IMG/VR virus record: IMGVR_UViG_3300031753_000002
Coordinates: 22,785 to 86,784 of that record
Source of the DNA: a virus
Length of the DNA stretch: 64,000 nucleotides
Reading direction: 5' to 3' (one strand)
Shown here: positions 27,243 through 36,583 of the stretch, one piece after another
Numbering within the stretch: the first letter of the stretch is position 1
How the letters are laid out: the number at the start of each line of letters is the position of its first letter
Position numbers and translations under genes: made by a program
Notes under the pieces: model-generated
Seen by the model: the letters and a program-made list of their open reading frames with translations, nothing else
What the model was told of the DNA's origin: nothing
The model's database searches: none

Positions 27243-28349
27243 ATGCGCTTTCATGTGTTGGCTATTCCCCATACGATTTCGATGCCTGAATATTCTTCTT
27301 GCGCCTTCACGTCGAAGGTCGTGAAGCTATGCAAGATGCTCATGCGTCGGGGCCATACCGTCATCCACTATGGGCATCAGGACTCGCAAGTGGAGGCGAC
27401 GCAGCACGTCACGGTCACGGGGCGGTACGACCTAGACAAGAGCTACAAAAACCACGATTGGCGCAAGCTCGGCTGGCCCAAGTACAACGAGAAAGAGGAT
27501 TGGGTCTATCAGGTGTTCTATAAGAACGCCATAGAGGCTCTCGCGGGCCATAAACAGCCCGGCGATTTCCTGCTTTGCCAGTTCGGCTTCATGCACAAGC
27601 CGGTCGCCGATGCGCACAAGGACCTGATCATTGTAGAGCCGGGCATCGGGTACCCGGACGGGGGCTTCGCGCCCTACCGCGTGTTCGAGAGCTACTCGAT
27701 CCAATCAGCCTACCAAGGCAAGAACGCGATCGGGTGGGCCAAGAACAATTTCTGGTACGACACGGTTATCCCCAACTATTTTGACCTCGACGAATTTGAC
27801 TTTAGCCCATGTGTCAAGCGAGACTATTTCCTGTTCTGTGGCCGTGTTAATTCCGGTAAAGGCATCCACATTGCGGAGCAAATCTCCGCAGCGACGAATG
27901 TGCCACTAATCGTGGCAGGTGCCGGGGATTTCAAGCTCAAGCCGACTACGCAGAGGGTCGGGGTCGTCGGTCCTGTCGAGCGTGCTTCACTCATGTCCGG
28001 TGCACGGGCTCTGCTTTGCCCCTCGACTTTTATGGAGCCGTTCTGTGGCGTGCAAGTCGAAGCCTACCTGTCGGGCGTCCCCGTAATATCGTCCGATTGG
28101 GGCGCGTTCGCTGAATACAACATCCATGGTGTCACCGGCTTTCGATGCAAGACGTTTGAACAATTCGTGTGGGCTGCGAATCACGTCGGCGAGCTAAATC
28201 CGCAGGACTGCCGCGATCATGGCGTCGCGTTCTCCCTGGAACGAATCGGACCCATGTACGAAGAATTTTTTGAGAACATCGCTCGCGGCGGCTGGTATGC
28301 CGAGAACCCCGATAGAAAAGACTTGACGCGCACAGTTTTTCGGCCGTAA
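27243..28349 (+). CDS. glycosyltransferase, GT-B fold (GT4-like)
   Basis: FCGRVNSGKG and EPFCGVQVEAYLSGVPVISSDWG motifs. Confidence 0.9.
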   Translation: MRFHVLAIPHTISMPEYSSCAFTSKVVKLCKMLMRRGHTVIHYGHQDSQVEATQHVTVTGRYDLDKSYKNHDWRKLGWPKYNEKEDWVYQVFYKNAIEALAGHKQPGDFLLCQFGFMHKPVADAHKDLIIVEPGIGYPDGGFAPYRVFESYSIQSAYQGKNAIGWAKNNFWYDTVIPNYFDLDEFDFSPCVKRDYFLFCGRVNSGKGIHIAEQISAATNVPLIVAGAGDFKLKPTTQRVGVVGPVERASLMSGARALLCPSTFMEPFCGVQVEAYLSGVPVISSDWGAFAEYNIHGVTGFRCKTFEQFVWAANHVGELNPQDCRDHGVAFSLERIGPMYEEFFENIARGGWYAENPDRKDLTRTVFRP

Positions 28350-28452
28350 GATAATCGTAGCGGAGAAGGCCGGTTTGAGTCCGGCCCGGCAATTCGGGCC
28401 GGGTAGTGTCAGTGGCGCACGCCCCGCACTTTTTCGCCCTATGGAGGCACCC

Positions 28453-28827
28453 ATGCGCAAGTACACAATTATGCTACTCGCGGCTGCGACATTCTCATGG
28501 ATACCAAGCAGTGTTCAGGCGGCTGGGTGCGACGGCAGCCCGACGTTCACAGTGCAGCGGGAAGCGATAGAGGCGGCGAATCCAGGCTATCAGCACATCG
28601 AGTTGACCGCCGAACAGCGTGCCGTTTTTCTCAAAGCGATGGCCGAATATGCTGGGCACAATCTCAATTTCGCTCACGTGTGGGTCGGTGTGAACGTCAA
28701 TCCGAGCGAGGTTGCCATCGCATTCGTTGAGGAAAATGATTGCGTCAATGGGGCGGCGCTCATGCCATTGGACATATTCGAACAGATGCTCGGGTACGAC
28801 TCCGGACCGGAGAAACGGAGTCTCTAA
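28453..28827 (+). CDS. exported/periplasmic protein
   Basis: GGAGG SD; Sec-type signal peptide ending VQA; Cys pair. Confidence 0.7.
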   Translation: MRKYTIMLLAAATFSWIPSSVQAAGCDGSPTFTVQREAIEAANPGYQHIELTAEQRAVFLKAMAEYAGHNLNFAHVWVGVNVNPSEVAIAFVEENDCVNGAALMPLDIFEQMLGYDSGPEKRSL

Positions 28828-29145
28828 AGCCATGGTAGGCAGCGCTTGATGTAACCATGTTGCATCATCGGCCCACCCTTGACCAGTGTTGCAAGTAGCG
28901 TGGCACCATCCAAGAAATTGTCCTGTATCGTGACAGTGGTCCATATGTAGGGCGGCTGGGTCCGCATAAAAGCCCGGTTGCGTTACAGCTTGCTGCATGA
29001 TACCTCTATCCAATAATTGACGTGATCCCTCTGTCTTGAGCGGCCCATGCGGGGCGACTCGGCGAGGCTTTCCCGACAATATTCCGCGACCCCCATGGGG
29101 GAGGTTGACGGTCCCTGACCAGTCAGCAACCCAAGGGGCTTTGTC

Positions 29146-30285
29146 ATGACAAACGTTTCGACGCAAATCGCGGATGTGATCGTCCCCGCAATTTTCACTC
29201 CCTACACACAGCAATTGACGATGGAGAAGACCGCCATCGTTCAGTCCGGAATCGCGGCTCGGGATGACTTTCTCGACAACCTGCTTGCCGGCGGCGGTCT
29301 GACGTTCACCGTTCCGTCCTGGCAGGATATCGGGGACCCCGCCGAGAACATTTCGAGCGATGACCCGAACACCAATTCTCAGCCGAACATCACGCAAACC
29401 TCCGCCGAGGTCGCGGTCCGGCTGTCCCGCAACAGTTCGTGGAGCACCATGCGGCTCGCAACAGCCCTGGCCGGCGCCGACCCGATGCAGAGCATCGCCT
29501 CGCGCGTTTCCGACTATTGGGTCCGTCGTCTTCAGCGCGCGTTTGTCGCCGTCGCTCAGGGCGTGTTCACGACCAACGCCGCGGCCAACGCGGGCGCGAC
29601 TCCGGGCCTGGGCCTCACCGCTCAGTACGGCACGCAGAATGACCTGACGAACGACATTTCGGCCGGCGGGTACTCCAGCGGCGTCACCGACTTTTCCGCC
29701 TCCGCGTTTATCGACGCATGCACTCTGTTGGGCGATGCGGCCGAAGACGTGACTGCCGTCTTCATGCACTCGATCGTGTATGCGAAGGCGCAGAAGAACA
29801 ACCTCATTGACTTTATTCCGGACGCTGAAGGCCACATCAACATCCCGACTTTCTTGGGTCGGCGCGTGATCGTTGACGACGGCATGCCGAATCCGTCCGG
29901 CGACAACAGCAACGGCGCTGCCACCGCCTCGGGTGTCTATCACACTTGGCTTGTTGGCCCCGCCAGCTTCCGACTTGGTGTCGGCACCCCCGTCGTCCCG
30001 ACCGAGGTCTTCCGTTACCCGGATCGAGGCAACGGCGCCGGCTCCGATATCCTGTACAACCGCGTCGAATGGTGCATCCATCCGGTCGGCCATGCGTACA
30101 GCGGTTCGACCGCAAGTAAGGGCGGACCGTCCAACAACACTCTCTCGGCAAACGGCGCCTTCGTGCGTGTGTTCCCCGAGCGCAAGCAGATCAAGCTCGC
30201 TCGCCTGATCACCGCCGAAAGCATCGCGACTCCGGGTCCGTATCGCGCTGATCCGTTCGTGAGCGGCGGCAACGCGGAGGTCTGA
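29146..30285 (+). CDS. major capsid protein
   Basis: TQIADVIVP.IF, GADPMQSIA, MHS.VY, TFLGRRVIVDDGMP; strong codon bias; position. Confidence 0.92.
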   Translation: MTNVSTQIADVIVPAIFTPYTQQLTMEKTAIVQSGIAARDDFLDNLLAGGGLTFTVPSWQDIGDPAENISSDDPNTNSQPNITQTSAEVAVRLSRNSSWSTMRLATALAGADPMQSIASRVSDYWVRRLQRAFVAVAQGVFTTNAAANAGATPGLGLTAQYGTQNDLTNDISAGGYSSGVTDFSASAFIDACTLLGDAAEDVTAVFMHSIVYAKAQKNNLIDFIPDAEGHINIPTFLGRRVIVDDGMPNPSGDNSNGAATASGVYHTWLVGPASFRLGVGTPVVPTEVFRYPDRGNGAGSDILYNRVEWCIHPVGHAYSGSTASKGGPSNNTLSANGAFVRVFPERKQIKLARLITAESIATPGPYRADPFVSGGNAEV

Positions 30286-30300
30286 GGTTTGAATTCTGCC

Positions 30301-30339
30301 CCGGAAGCGTAATTAGACTACGCTTCCGGCCACTTTTTC
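30301..30339 (+). terminator. intrinsic terminator after the major capsid gene
   Basis: CCGGAAGCGTA-loop-TACGCTTCCGG followed by a T-run. Confidence 0.7.
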
Positions 30340-30357
30340 AAACCGGGAGTTCCCAAC

Positions 30358-30567
30358 ATGACCGACGCCAACGCGACTCCCCGTCTCTATCGTCGCCATC
30401 AGCGTCATGCGAGTCTTGCTCGTATGCGCTACAGCGATCAAGCGGATGCGTTCCTGGACAAGCAGGCGACGCGCCTTGGACTGACCGAAGCGCAAGTGTT
30501 CGCCGACTTGAAAAAGAACACTGCACAACGAATCAAGGACGCGCCCAATTCGGGCGCCCTGAGTTAA
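30358..30567 (+). CDS. hypothetical protein
   Basis: GGGAG SD. Confidence 0.7.
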   Translation: MTDANATPRLYRRHQRHASLARMRYSDQADAFLDKQATRLGLTEAQVFADLKKNTAQRIKDAPNSGALS

Positions 30568-30730
30568 AGCTTGGCGTCCCGGTCCCGCGGGGGACCGTAC
30601 GGGCCGGGACGCCGACCGCTGGCACGGGTGCTTAGTCGCCCACCGCCCGCACAGGCGGGGTCGCCGGGGGCGCTTCGGCGGCCTTGGGCGGCCCCGCCGC
30701 ATTTTTACTCAAGCCCCCTGAGAGGATACT

Positions 30731-31408
30731 ATGAACGACGCACAACGAGAGAAGATTCGAGCCGCACTAGCGCAGCTTGACAACGATGACAATGCGCACT
30801 GGACCGATGATGGCCTTCCGCGCACCGGCACCGTCCAGAAGCTCGCCAATGATACCACGATCAAGCGGTCGGATATCCATGAGGCGTACCCCGGCTTTGC
30901 GCGCAAGGTCGGCGATGCGATGGGCGACCCGCCCGAAAGTGTCACCGGAGCCGAGGTTCCCAGTGCCAAGCCGGTGACCGAAGGCGCGGGCGAGTTGATG
31001 ACCGAAGCCGAGGTTCACGCGATTCTCACGCAGAACATCGTCGCAGCTACCGAAGCCGTCAAGGCGGCTCAGCGCAAGATTTTCGAAGGCCACGCCGACG
31101 AAAAGAAGGCACTTGCCGCCCTCACCGCGGCCCGGCAGGACCTCGCGCAAAAATTCCCGCCGATGACCCCGATGGAAAATATCAAGCAGTTCCTCGCCAC
31201 CGAAAACGCGCGCCGCGCCGCGGCAGCCGGGGTGCCGGGCCACTACCAGCCGGCACAGGTCGATATGGCGGCAGCGCGGGGTAACTCCCGCGGATGGAAG
31301 CGGCCGGTACGCCCCGCGATGGGTGTTGATGGCAAGCTAGTCATGCCCGAGAAGCGCGAGACCCGATCGTTCCCGTCGCAGGGCGTGGGGGCTGTACCGC
31401 AGAGGTAA
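30731..31408 (+). CDS. head-module hypothetical protein
   Basis: LD.DD.AHWT.DGLP motif seen in phage post-capsid genes; GAGG SD. Confidence 0.75.
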   Translation: MNDAQREKIRAALAQLDNDDNAHWTDDGLPRTGTVQKLANDTTIKRSDIHEAYPGFARKVGDAMGDPPESVTGAEVPSAKPVTEGAGELMTEAEVHAILTQNIVAATEAVKAAQRKIFEGHADEKKALAALTAARQDLAQKFPPMTPMENIKQFLATENARRAAAAGVPGHYQPAQVDMAAARGNSRGWKRPVRPAMGVDGKLVMPEKRETRSFPSQGVGAVPQR

Positions 31409-31414
31409 TCCACC

Positions 31415-31684
31415 GTGGCTTTCACCGCCCGCACTCAGGCCGGCCTCTATTACCGGCGAAAAAACAACCGCTCGCGAGCCTTAGTGGGAAACCTCACTAA
31501 ATGGCGCACGGGTCTTGTCGTTACGGCTGGTCACTATGTACAAAGCTTCGGTCAGGCTTACGTCGCATTGACTAGCGCCACGGCTGGCTCGACTCCGCCG
31601 TCAGGAACCGGCCGGATATCAGATGGCGCTGTCACTTGGCAATTCGTTGACACTCAAGCCATTCTCGTCCCTCCGGTGACCTAA
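31415..31684 (+). CDS. small protein with a CBM5/12-like beta motif
   Basis: W..G..V..G..V...G.AY.A...DGAVTWQFV. Confidence 0.55.
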   Translation: MAFTARTQAGLYYRRKNNRSRALVGNLTKWRTGLVVTAGHYVQSFGQAYVALTSATAGSTPPSGTGRISDGAVTWQFVDTQAILVPPVT

Positions 31685-32086
31685 ATGACCGCCCCGGCCC
31701 CGACTGTCAGCATTGTCAATCTCGCTGTTTTGAACAATGCGTGGTTTCTCCAGTCATTTCGATTCGGAACGACTGGCGACTTGTCGTGGAGTTTTGCACA
31801 TCAGGAATTCTTGTGCGACTGGAAGCTCGATCCTACCTCGGCGCTGCCTGACCTTGCACTATCATCTGTGGCCGTCCCGGCCACGATTGTCGTGGATGAT
31901 CCGATTGCTCGTATTCTTCATTTCGAGGTCAATGATGAGGTTTTCGATTCGATGACGGCGGCGCCCGATCCAGGCATTCCCTACAATTACGATTTGCTCA
32001 TGGTCGATTTGACGACTGGTGTTCGCATCGCGCTCATGCGCGGCCTGATTTATCTAGTTCAAGGGATAACCATAGAGGACAGCTAA
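31685..32086 (+). CDS. structural protein (BppU-N-like fibre adaptor)
   Basis: YNYDLLMVD...LMRGLIYLVQGIT C-terminal pattern. Confidence 0.6.
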   Translation: MTAPAPTVSIVNLAVLNNAWFLQSFRFGTTGDLSWSFAHQEFLCDWKLDPTSALPDLALSSVAVPATIVVDDPIARILHFEVNDEVFDSMTAAPDPGIPYNYDLLMVDLTTGVRIALMRGLIYLVQGITIEDS

Positions 32087-32090
32087 GCGA

Positions 32091-32369
32091 ATGGAAATTA
32101 CAACTGTTCAAGTTCCGGTCCCGTCGAGCGCACCGATAGTTGTAGCCGGCGGCGCGGTGTCGCCGACGTTGCCGCCGGTCATAGGCGCGTTGCCTGTTCC
32201 AGTCCTCGCGATGGGGCCGGCCGGATCGCCGGGCGCATCTGGAGCATCGGGCACAACATGGTATGAAGGTTCGGGAGTGCCAAACAACACGTTCGGAATA
32301 AATGGTGATTTTTATCTCGATACATCAACCGGGAATATCTACCAAAAAGCCGTAGGAACTTGGTTCTAA
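32091..32369 (+). CDS. short fibre-type protein with GAS repeats and a GDFYLD module
   Basis: GPAGSPGASGASG-WYEGSGVP...GDFYLDTSTGNIYQK. Confidence 0.75.
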   Translation: MEITTVQVPVPSSAPIVVAGGAVSPTLPPVIGALPVPVLAMGPAGSPGASGASGTTWYEGSGVPNNTFGINGDFYLDTSTGNIYQKAVGTWF

Positions 32370-32432
32370 AATGCCCCTAATTTGTAATCTACCGTGAATA
32401 TCTACTGAAAAGCCGTAGAAAGTTGGTTCTAA

Positions 32433-32882
32433 ATGCCTCTGATTGGCAATATACGCGGCGCAAGTGGCGCAAGCGGTGCAGTCGGCGCTGACGGCGAAGA
32501 CGGAGAGGACGGCCAACCCGGACCGGCGGGAGGCGGCGCTACGGGTGCATCCGGCGCCAGCGGCGCGACCGGCGCCAGCGGCGCGACCGGCGCCAGCGGC
32601 GCGACCGGCGCCAGCGGCGCCAGCGGCGCGACCGGCGCGACGGGCGTGGCTGGTACGGCCGGGGCGAGTGGCATTCCGGGACTCGACGGGCAAGACGGAG
32701 AGGACGGGTTGCAAGGTGGCACGGGTGGCGTCGGCGCTACGGGTGCATCCGGCGCCAGCGGCGCGACCGGCGCCAGCGGCGCGACCGGCGCCAGCGGCGC
32801 GACCGGCGCGACGGGACCAACGTCCTCGTTTATTCTTGCGATGTGTTGTGATCTTGCGAAACTTTGTCCAGGAGGTATATAA
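32433..32882 (+). CDS. collagen-like (GAS/GAT) fibre protein
   Basis: Long Gly-X-Y run; C-terminal Cys cluster. Confidence 0.85.
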   Translation: MPLIGNIRGASGASGAVGADGEDGEDGQPGPAGGGATGASGASGATGASGATGASGATGASGASGATGATGVAGTAGASGIPGLDGQDGEDGLQGGTGGVGATGASGASGATGASGATGASGATGATGPTSSFILAMCCDLAKLCPGGI

Positions 32883-33307
32883 TGTCTACAACTCCGAATT
32901 CTGTAGTTTCTGTTCAAACCCCAAATCACGGATTAATCCAAATTGCGAATGCGGATGCGCAAGCGCAAAAAACGGTTTATACTGGAGGTTCAAACGGCAG
33001 CAAAATTACGAGTTTAGTTCTTCAATCAACTGATACATCGGCTCGGGATGTTCAGATATCCATTACAAAATCGGGCACGTCTTACCCGCTCGGAACTGTT
33101 ACTGTTCCGATTGGTGCTGGTAATTCTGGTACTGTGCCAAGTGTTAATGCGTTGAATAGTTCTCAAATTCCCGGACTTCCTCTTGATAGCGATAATAACC
33201 CATATATTTTTCTAGCTGGCTCTTCTGAAACTTTGACGATTTCAGCACTGACAACTGTCACATCAACTAAATTGATTACTGCAAACGCCTTTGCAGGAGA
33301 TTTCTAA
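32882..33307 (+). CDS. beta-rich structural protein
   Basis: GGAGG SD; Ser/Thr-rich. Confidence 0.75.
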   Translation: MSTTPNSVVSVQTPNHGLIQIANADAQAQKTVYTGGSNGSKITSLVLQSTDTSARDVQISITKSGTSYPLGTVTVPIGAGNSGTVPSVNALNSSQIPGLPLDSDNNPYIFLAGSSETLTISALTTVTSTKLITANAFAGDF

Positions 33308-33308
33308 A

Positions 33309-34085
33309 ATGTTTACTATGCCGGGTGGGAAGGTTGTATCTAGACCGCGACTTGGCGTGGTAAAAACCTATGCCGCATCCGTAGACCCGGGAACTGCGAA
33401 CGACAATACGCAGGGCTATTCGCCCGGATCGATCGGAGTTAATACTGGAACAGGGCGCGCTTTTATTTGTCGAAGTGCTGCTACAGCCTCGGCTAAATGG
33501 GGTGCGCTTGATTCAACGAATTTTGATACTTACGCGGCGAACAATTGGTATCCATCCTTTTTTGCTCCACTACCCGTTAACGGGTCAACGCTAGCTACCG
33601 GTACATCAAGTTTTTCTCCGTTCCTTGTTAAGGAGCGATCAACTTGGGGGTCGCTTGGAATCCATATTGGCACTCTAAAAGCGTCGGGTAATCTTCAACT
33701 TGCTCTATATAACGATTCAGCAAGTCAGCCAAGTACTCTTGTCGATAATACCGCGAGTATTACAACTGGTGCGACTGGATTTGTTTCGGCATCGTTTTCC
33801 GGCGGAAATCATACATTAGAACCGGGTCTTTATTGGTTTGGTCTCGCTTATGATGCGACTGCCAGCAGTTCAGCGATTTGTGATTCATGGCCAAATATTG
33901 CATCATCATTTGTTGCAGGGTTACTTGGTTCTGCCACAGGAGATACGGTTGCAGGGTTTACTCAATTGCCTACCGGCTGGACTTTTGGTCAGACGTTCGG
34001 TACTTGGGCTACTGTCTCTAGTGCGACGGCGACTACTGTCAAGAACACCCCATTTGGCGTCATGCAAAATGTGAGTAGTCCTTAA
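33309..34085 (+). CDS. fibre/receptor-binding-like protein, copy 1
   Basis: ASVDP..ANDNTQGYS.GS motif; tandem paralog of 34087. Confidence 0.75.
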   Translation: MFTMPGGKVVSRPRLGVVKTYAASVDPGTANDNTQGYSPGSIGVNTGTGRAFICRSAATASAKWGALDSTNFDTYAANNWYPSFFAPLPVNGSTLATGTSSFSPFLVKERSTWGSLGIHIGTLKASGNLQLALYNDSASQPSTLVDNTASITTGATGFVSASFSGGNHTLEPGLYWFGLAYDATASSSAICDSWPNIASSFVAGLLGSATGDTVAGFTQLPTGWTFGQTFGTWATVSSATATTVKNTPFGVMQNVSSP

Positions 34086-34086
34086 A

Positions 34087-34863
34087 ATGTTTACGCTTCC
34101 CGCCGGAAAAATTATACCTAAACAACAACTTGGTGTATTGAACACCTATGCCGCATCCGTAGACCCGGGAACTGCGAACGACAATACCCAGGGCTATTCG
34201 CCCGGATCGATCGGAGTTAATACTGGAACAGGGTGTGCTTTTATTTGTCGAAGTGCTGCAACAGCCGCCGCTAAATGGGAAGCAATTGGTGCGAATAATT
34301 TTGATACCTATCAAGTGAATAATTGGTATCCATCACTATTTGCACCATTACCTACCAGCGGGACAACGCTAGCCACCGGTACATCGAGTTTTGCACCATT
34401 TATCATAAAGGAGCGATCAACTTGGGGGTCGCTTGGAATCCATATTGGCACTCTAAAAGCGTCGGGTAATCTTCAACTTGCTCTATATAACGATTCAGCA
34501 AGTCAGCCAAGTACTCTTGTCGATAATACCGCGAGTATTACAACTGGTGCGACTGGATTTGTTTCAGCGGCTTTTTCTAATGGAAATCATCAACTAGAAC
34601 CAGGTCTTTATTGGTTTGGTCTCGCTTATGATGCGACTGCCGGCGGTTCAGCCATTTGTAATTCATGGCCAAATGCTACATCGACAATTATTCCAGGATT
34701 ACTTGGTTCGGCCACTGGAGATACGGTTGCGCATTCTTCTGCTCTACCTACGGGTTGGACCTTTAACCAGACGTTCGGTACTTGGGGTACTGTCTCTAGT
34801 CCGACGGCAATTACTACCAAGAATGTGCCATTTGGCGTCCTTCAAAATGTGAGTGTCCCATGA
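34087..34863 (+). CDS. fibre/receptor-binding-like protein, copy 2
   Basis: Long identical stretches with 33309..34085. Confidence 0.75.
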   Translation: MFTLPAGKIIPKQQLGVLNTYAASVDPGTANDNTQGYSPGSIGVNTGTGCAFICRSAATAAAKWEAIGANNFDTYQVNNWYPSLFAPLPTSGTTLATGTSSFAPFIIKERSTWGSLGIHIGTLKASGNLQLALYNDSASQPSTLVDNTASITTGATGFVSAAFSNGNHQLEPGLYWFGLAYDATAGGSAICNSWPNATSTIIPGLLGSATGDTVAHSSALPTGWTFNQTFGTWGTVSSPTAITTKNVPFGVLQNVSVP

Positions 34864-35237
34864 GTATCAATTATAGACATGACGGTACGATTCTTTTCAT
34901 CTCCGACGCGGATTCAACTGTTACACAGATTGAACCGGCAGGAAAAACGCCAGCGCAGATTTTGGCGGACTATACCACCTTCCAGAATAGTTGGCCTCTT
35001 GCGTGGTGGAAAACCTATTGGCAGTTACAGCTTGATACGCTTTTAGATAATAATTTTGATTTGAAAGCGTTTATACGCGCAGGTAATTCTACTAGTGTGA
35101 CAGGAACCCAAGTTGGAAATTTTTTGGCGACGATAACTGATAATTATCGCTCGTTGCGTGCGTCCATTGCAGCGGCGGCGAGTGTAGCCGCAGTGCAAGC
35201 AATTAATATCAACAATGGGTGGCCCTCTAATCCGTGA
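34860..35237 (+). CDS. possible fibre assembly protein
   Basis: C-terminal ASIAAAASVAAVQAI...W typical of fibre chaperones. Confidence 0.55.
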   Translation: MSINYRHDGTILFISDADSTVTQIEPAGKTPAQILADYTTFQNSWPLAWWKTYWQLQLDTLLDNNFDLKAFIRAGNSTSVTGTQVGNFLATITDNYRSLRASIAAAASVAAVQAININNGWPSNP

Positions 35238-35251
35238 AAGAAGAAACCTAA

Positions 35252-36169
35252 ATGACTCAAACCACAATTTTCTGCGTTCAAGACCGCAGTGGGACCTCGG
35301 CTCAACTCGTAATGGCTTCGGCGATGCCTCACCCCATCGCCGTCGGCGACACGGGCGTCTATGCTGGTACGGATTCCGTTGATGACATTGGACAAGGCGT
35401 TACCGACACTCCGGTATCGCTCGCATTCACGGTTGGGCAGATTCTAGACCCGCTTAACTTTGGCATATACACCAAGGCCGCGTTAGCCTCGGGATGGCCA
35501 CCGTCCGGCGTCGTAACGTGGAAGACTGGAGCTAACACGACCTCACCAAACACATCGTCCATTATTCAGATGGTCCCAGCGAATGCGTATATAACTGTGG
35601 CGTTTCTCAAGGAATACCATGCGAGCCGAGGTAATGCTCTCGGGTTCCCGCTCACATCGGCTGCGCAAGCGGCCATCGTTCAATCGAGTGATTATATAGA
35701 CCAGCGTTACCGGTTCAAGGGCATTAAGCTACTTCAATTTCTTACAAACCCAACGCTCGATCCTATGTTGCCATTTATAGACCCGTGGCTTTCACCTTTC
35801 GGGTTTGCGCAGATGAATTTTTTCACTCCGAGCACTACGCAGCAACACACAGAATGGCCGCGACAGGGCGTCGTCGATTGGAGTGGAGATTCGGTCTATG
35901 ACGTGCCCAAGGCTGTCAAGTTCGCATGCGCCGAGCTTGCCTTTCGAGTCCTCGCCGGCACCATCTTGATGCCGGATTATGATCCAAACGTCTCATCTGG
36001 GGGCGGAGTCATTCAAACTCGGACAGAAGATGTGGGGCCGATTCGAACAACTTACACGTATGATACCAAATTCGGTCTTGGCTTCTTCCCGGACTTTCCG
36101 CAAGTTACCCGGATGCTGTCCAGCGCGGGCCTTTTGGTCGCGGCCGGCGGCCGGACAATTATCCGCTGA
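35252..36169 (+). CDS. head-tail adaptor (DnaT-like family)
   Basis: ANAYITV...YHASRG...A..YID...EWPR...VP.AVK.A.AELA...VGPI...Y. Confidence 0.8.
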   Translation: MTQTTIFCVQDRSGTSAQLVMASAMPHPIAVGDTGVYAGTDSVDDIGQGVTDTPVSLAFTVGQILDPLNFGIYTKAALASGWPPSGVVTWKTGANTTSPNTSSIIQMVPANAYITVAFLKEYHASRGNALGFPLTSAAQAAIVQSSDYIDQRYRFKGIKLLQFLTNPTLDPMLPFIDPWLSPFGFAQMNFFTPSTTQQHTEWPRQGVVDWSGDSVYDVPKAVKFACAELAFRVLAGTILMPDYDPNVSSGGGVIQTRTEDVGPIRTTYTYDTKFGLGFFPDFPQVTRMLSSAGLLVAAGGRTIIR

Positions 36170-36214
36170 CCCGGATAAAAGGCCGGTTGCGCCATTAACC
36201 ATATGGGGCTAGAC

Positions 36215-36583
36215 ATGGCAGGATTCAACTACCTGGGTACACGGGCGACAGCGGACAAGTTGATCAAACGGTTCGGTATGAAGGCAGCCCTTCGCCGAGC
36301 CGGCGACACCCCAACGGATCGTGAGTGCTGGGTATGCATCTATGACTACATGCCGAGCGACAAAGCGACGGCGCTAGCGAACCCGACCGACCGCAAAGTC
36401 ATCATGTCGGTAGGACTAGGCGCGGTGCTCAATGAGCCGCCCGACAACGAGAAGGACCAGCTTGTGACGTTTATCCAGCCGGCAGGCACGGTTCAAAACG
36501 AGGTTCTGCCGTTCACATGCCCTCCGAAGCCGTTCGCCCCAGCGGGGGTTAATGTGCTTTGGGAGTTCACCGTTCGGCGTTAA
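36215..36583 (+). CDS. head closure/neck protein
   Basis: Y...RATA.KLI.RFG...PAG..V.W...VRR. Confidence 0.75.
   Translation: MAGFNYLGTRATADKLIKRFGMKAALRRAGDTPTDRECWVCIYDYMPSDKATALANPTDRKVIMSVGLGAVLNEPPDNEKDQLVTFIQPAGTVQNEVLPFTCPPKPFAPAGVNVLWEFTVRR

Noticed and set aside
28495-30093. 532-aa minus-strand ORF, and similar long antisense ORFs at 22182, 25609, 21189 and 52152
   Set aside because: They shadow well-supported + strand genes in GC-rich, codon-biased DNA and carry no recognisable motifs.
33309-34863. Diversity-generating retroelement (template/variable repeat pair)
   Set aside because: No reverse transcriptase in the window, differences are not adenine-specific, and both copies are full ORFs.
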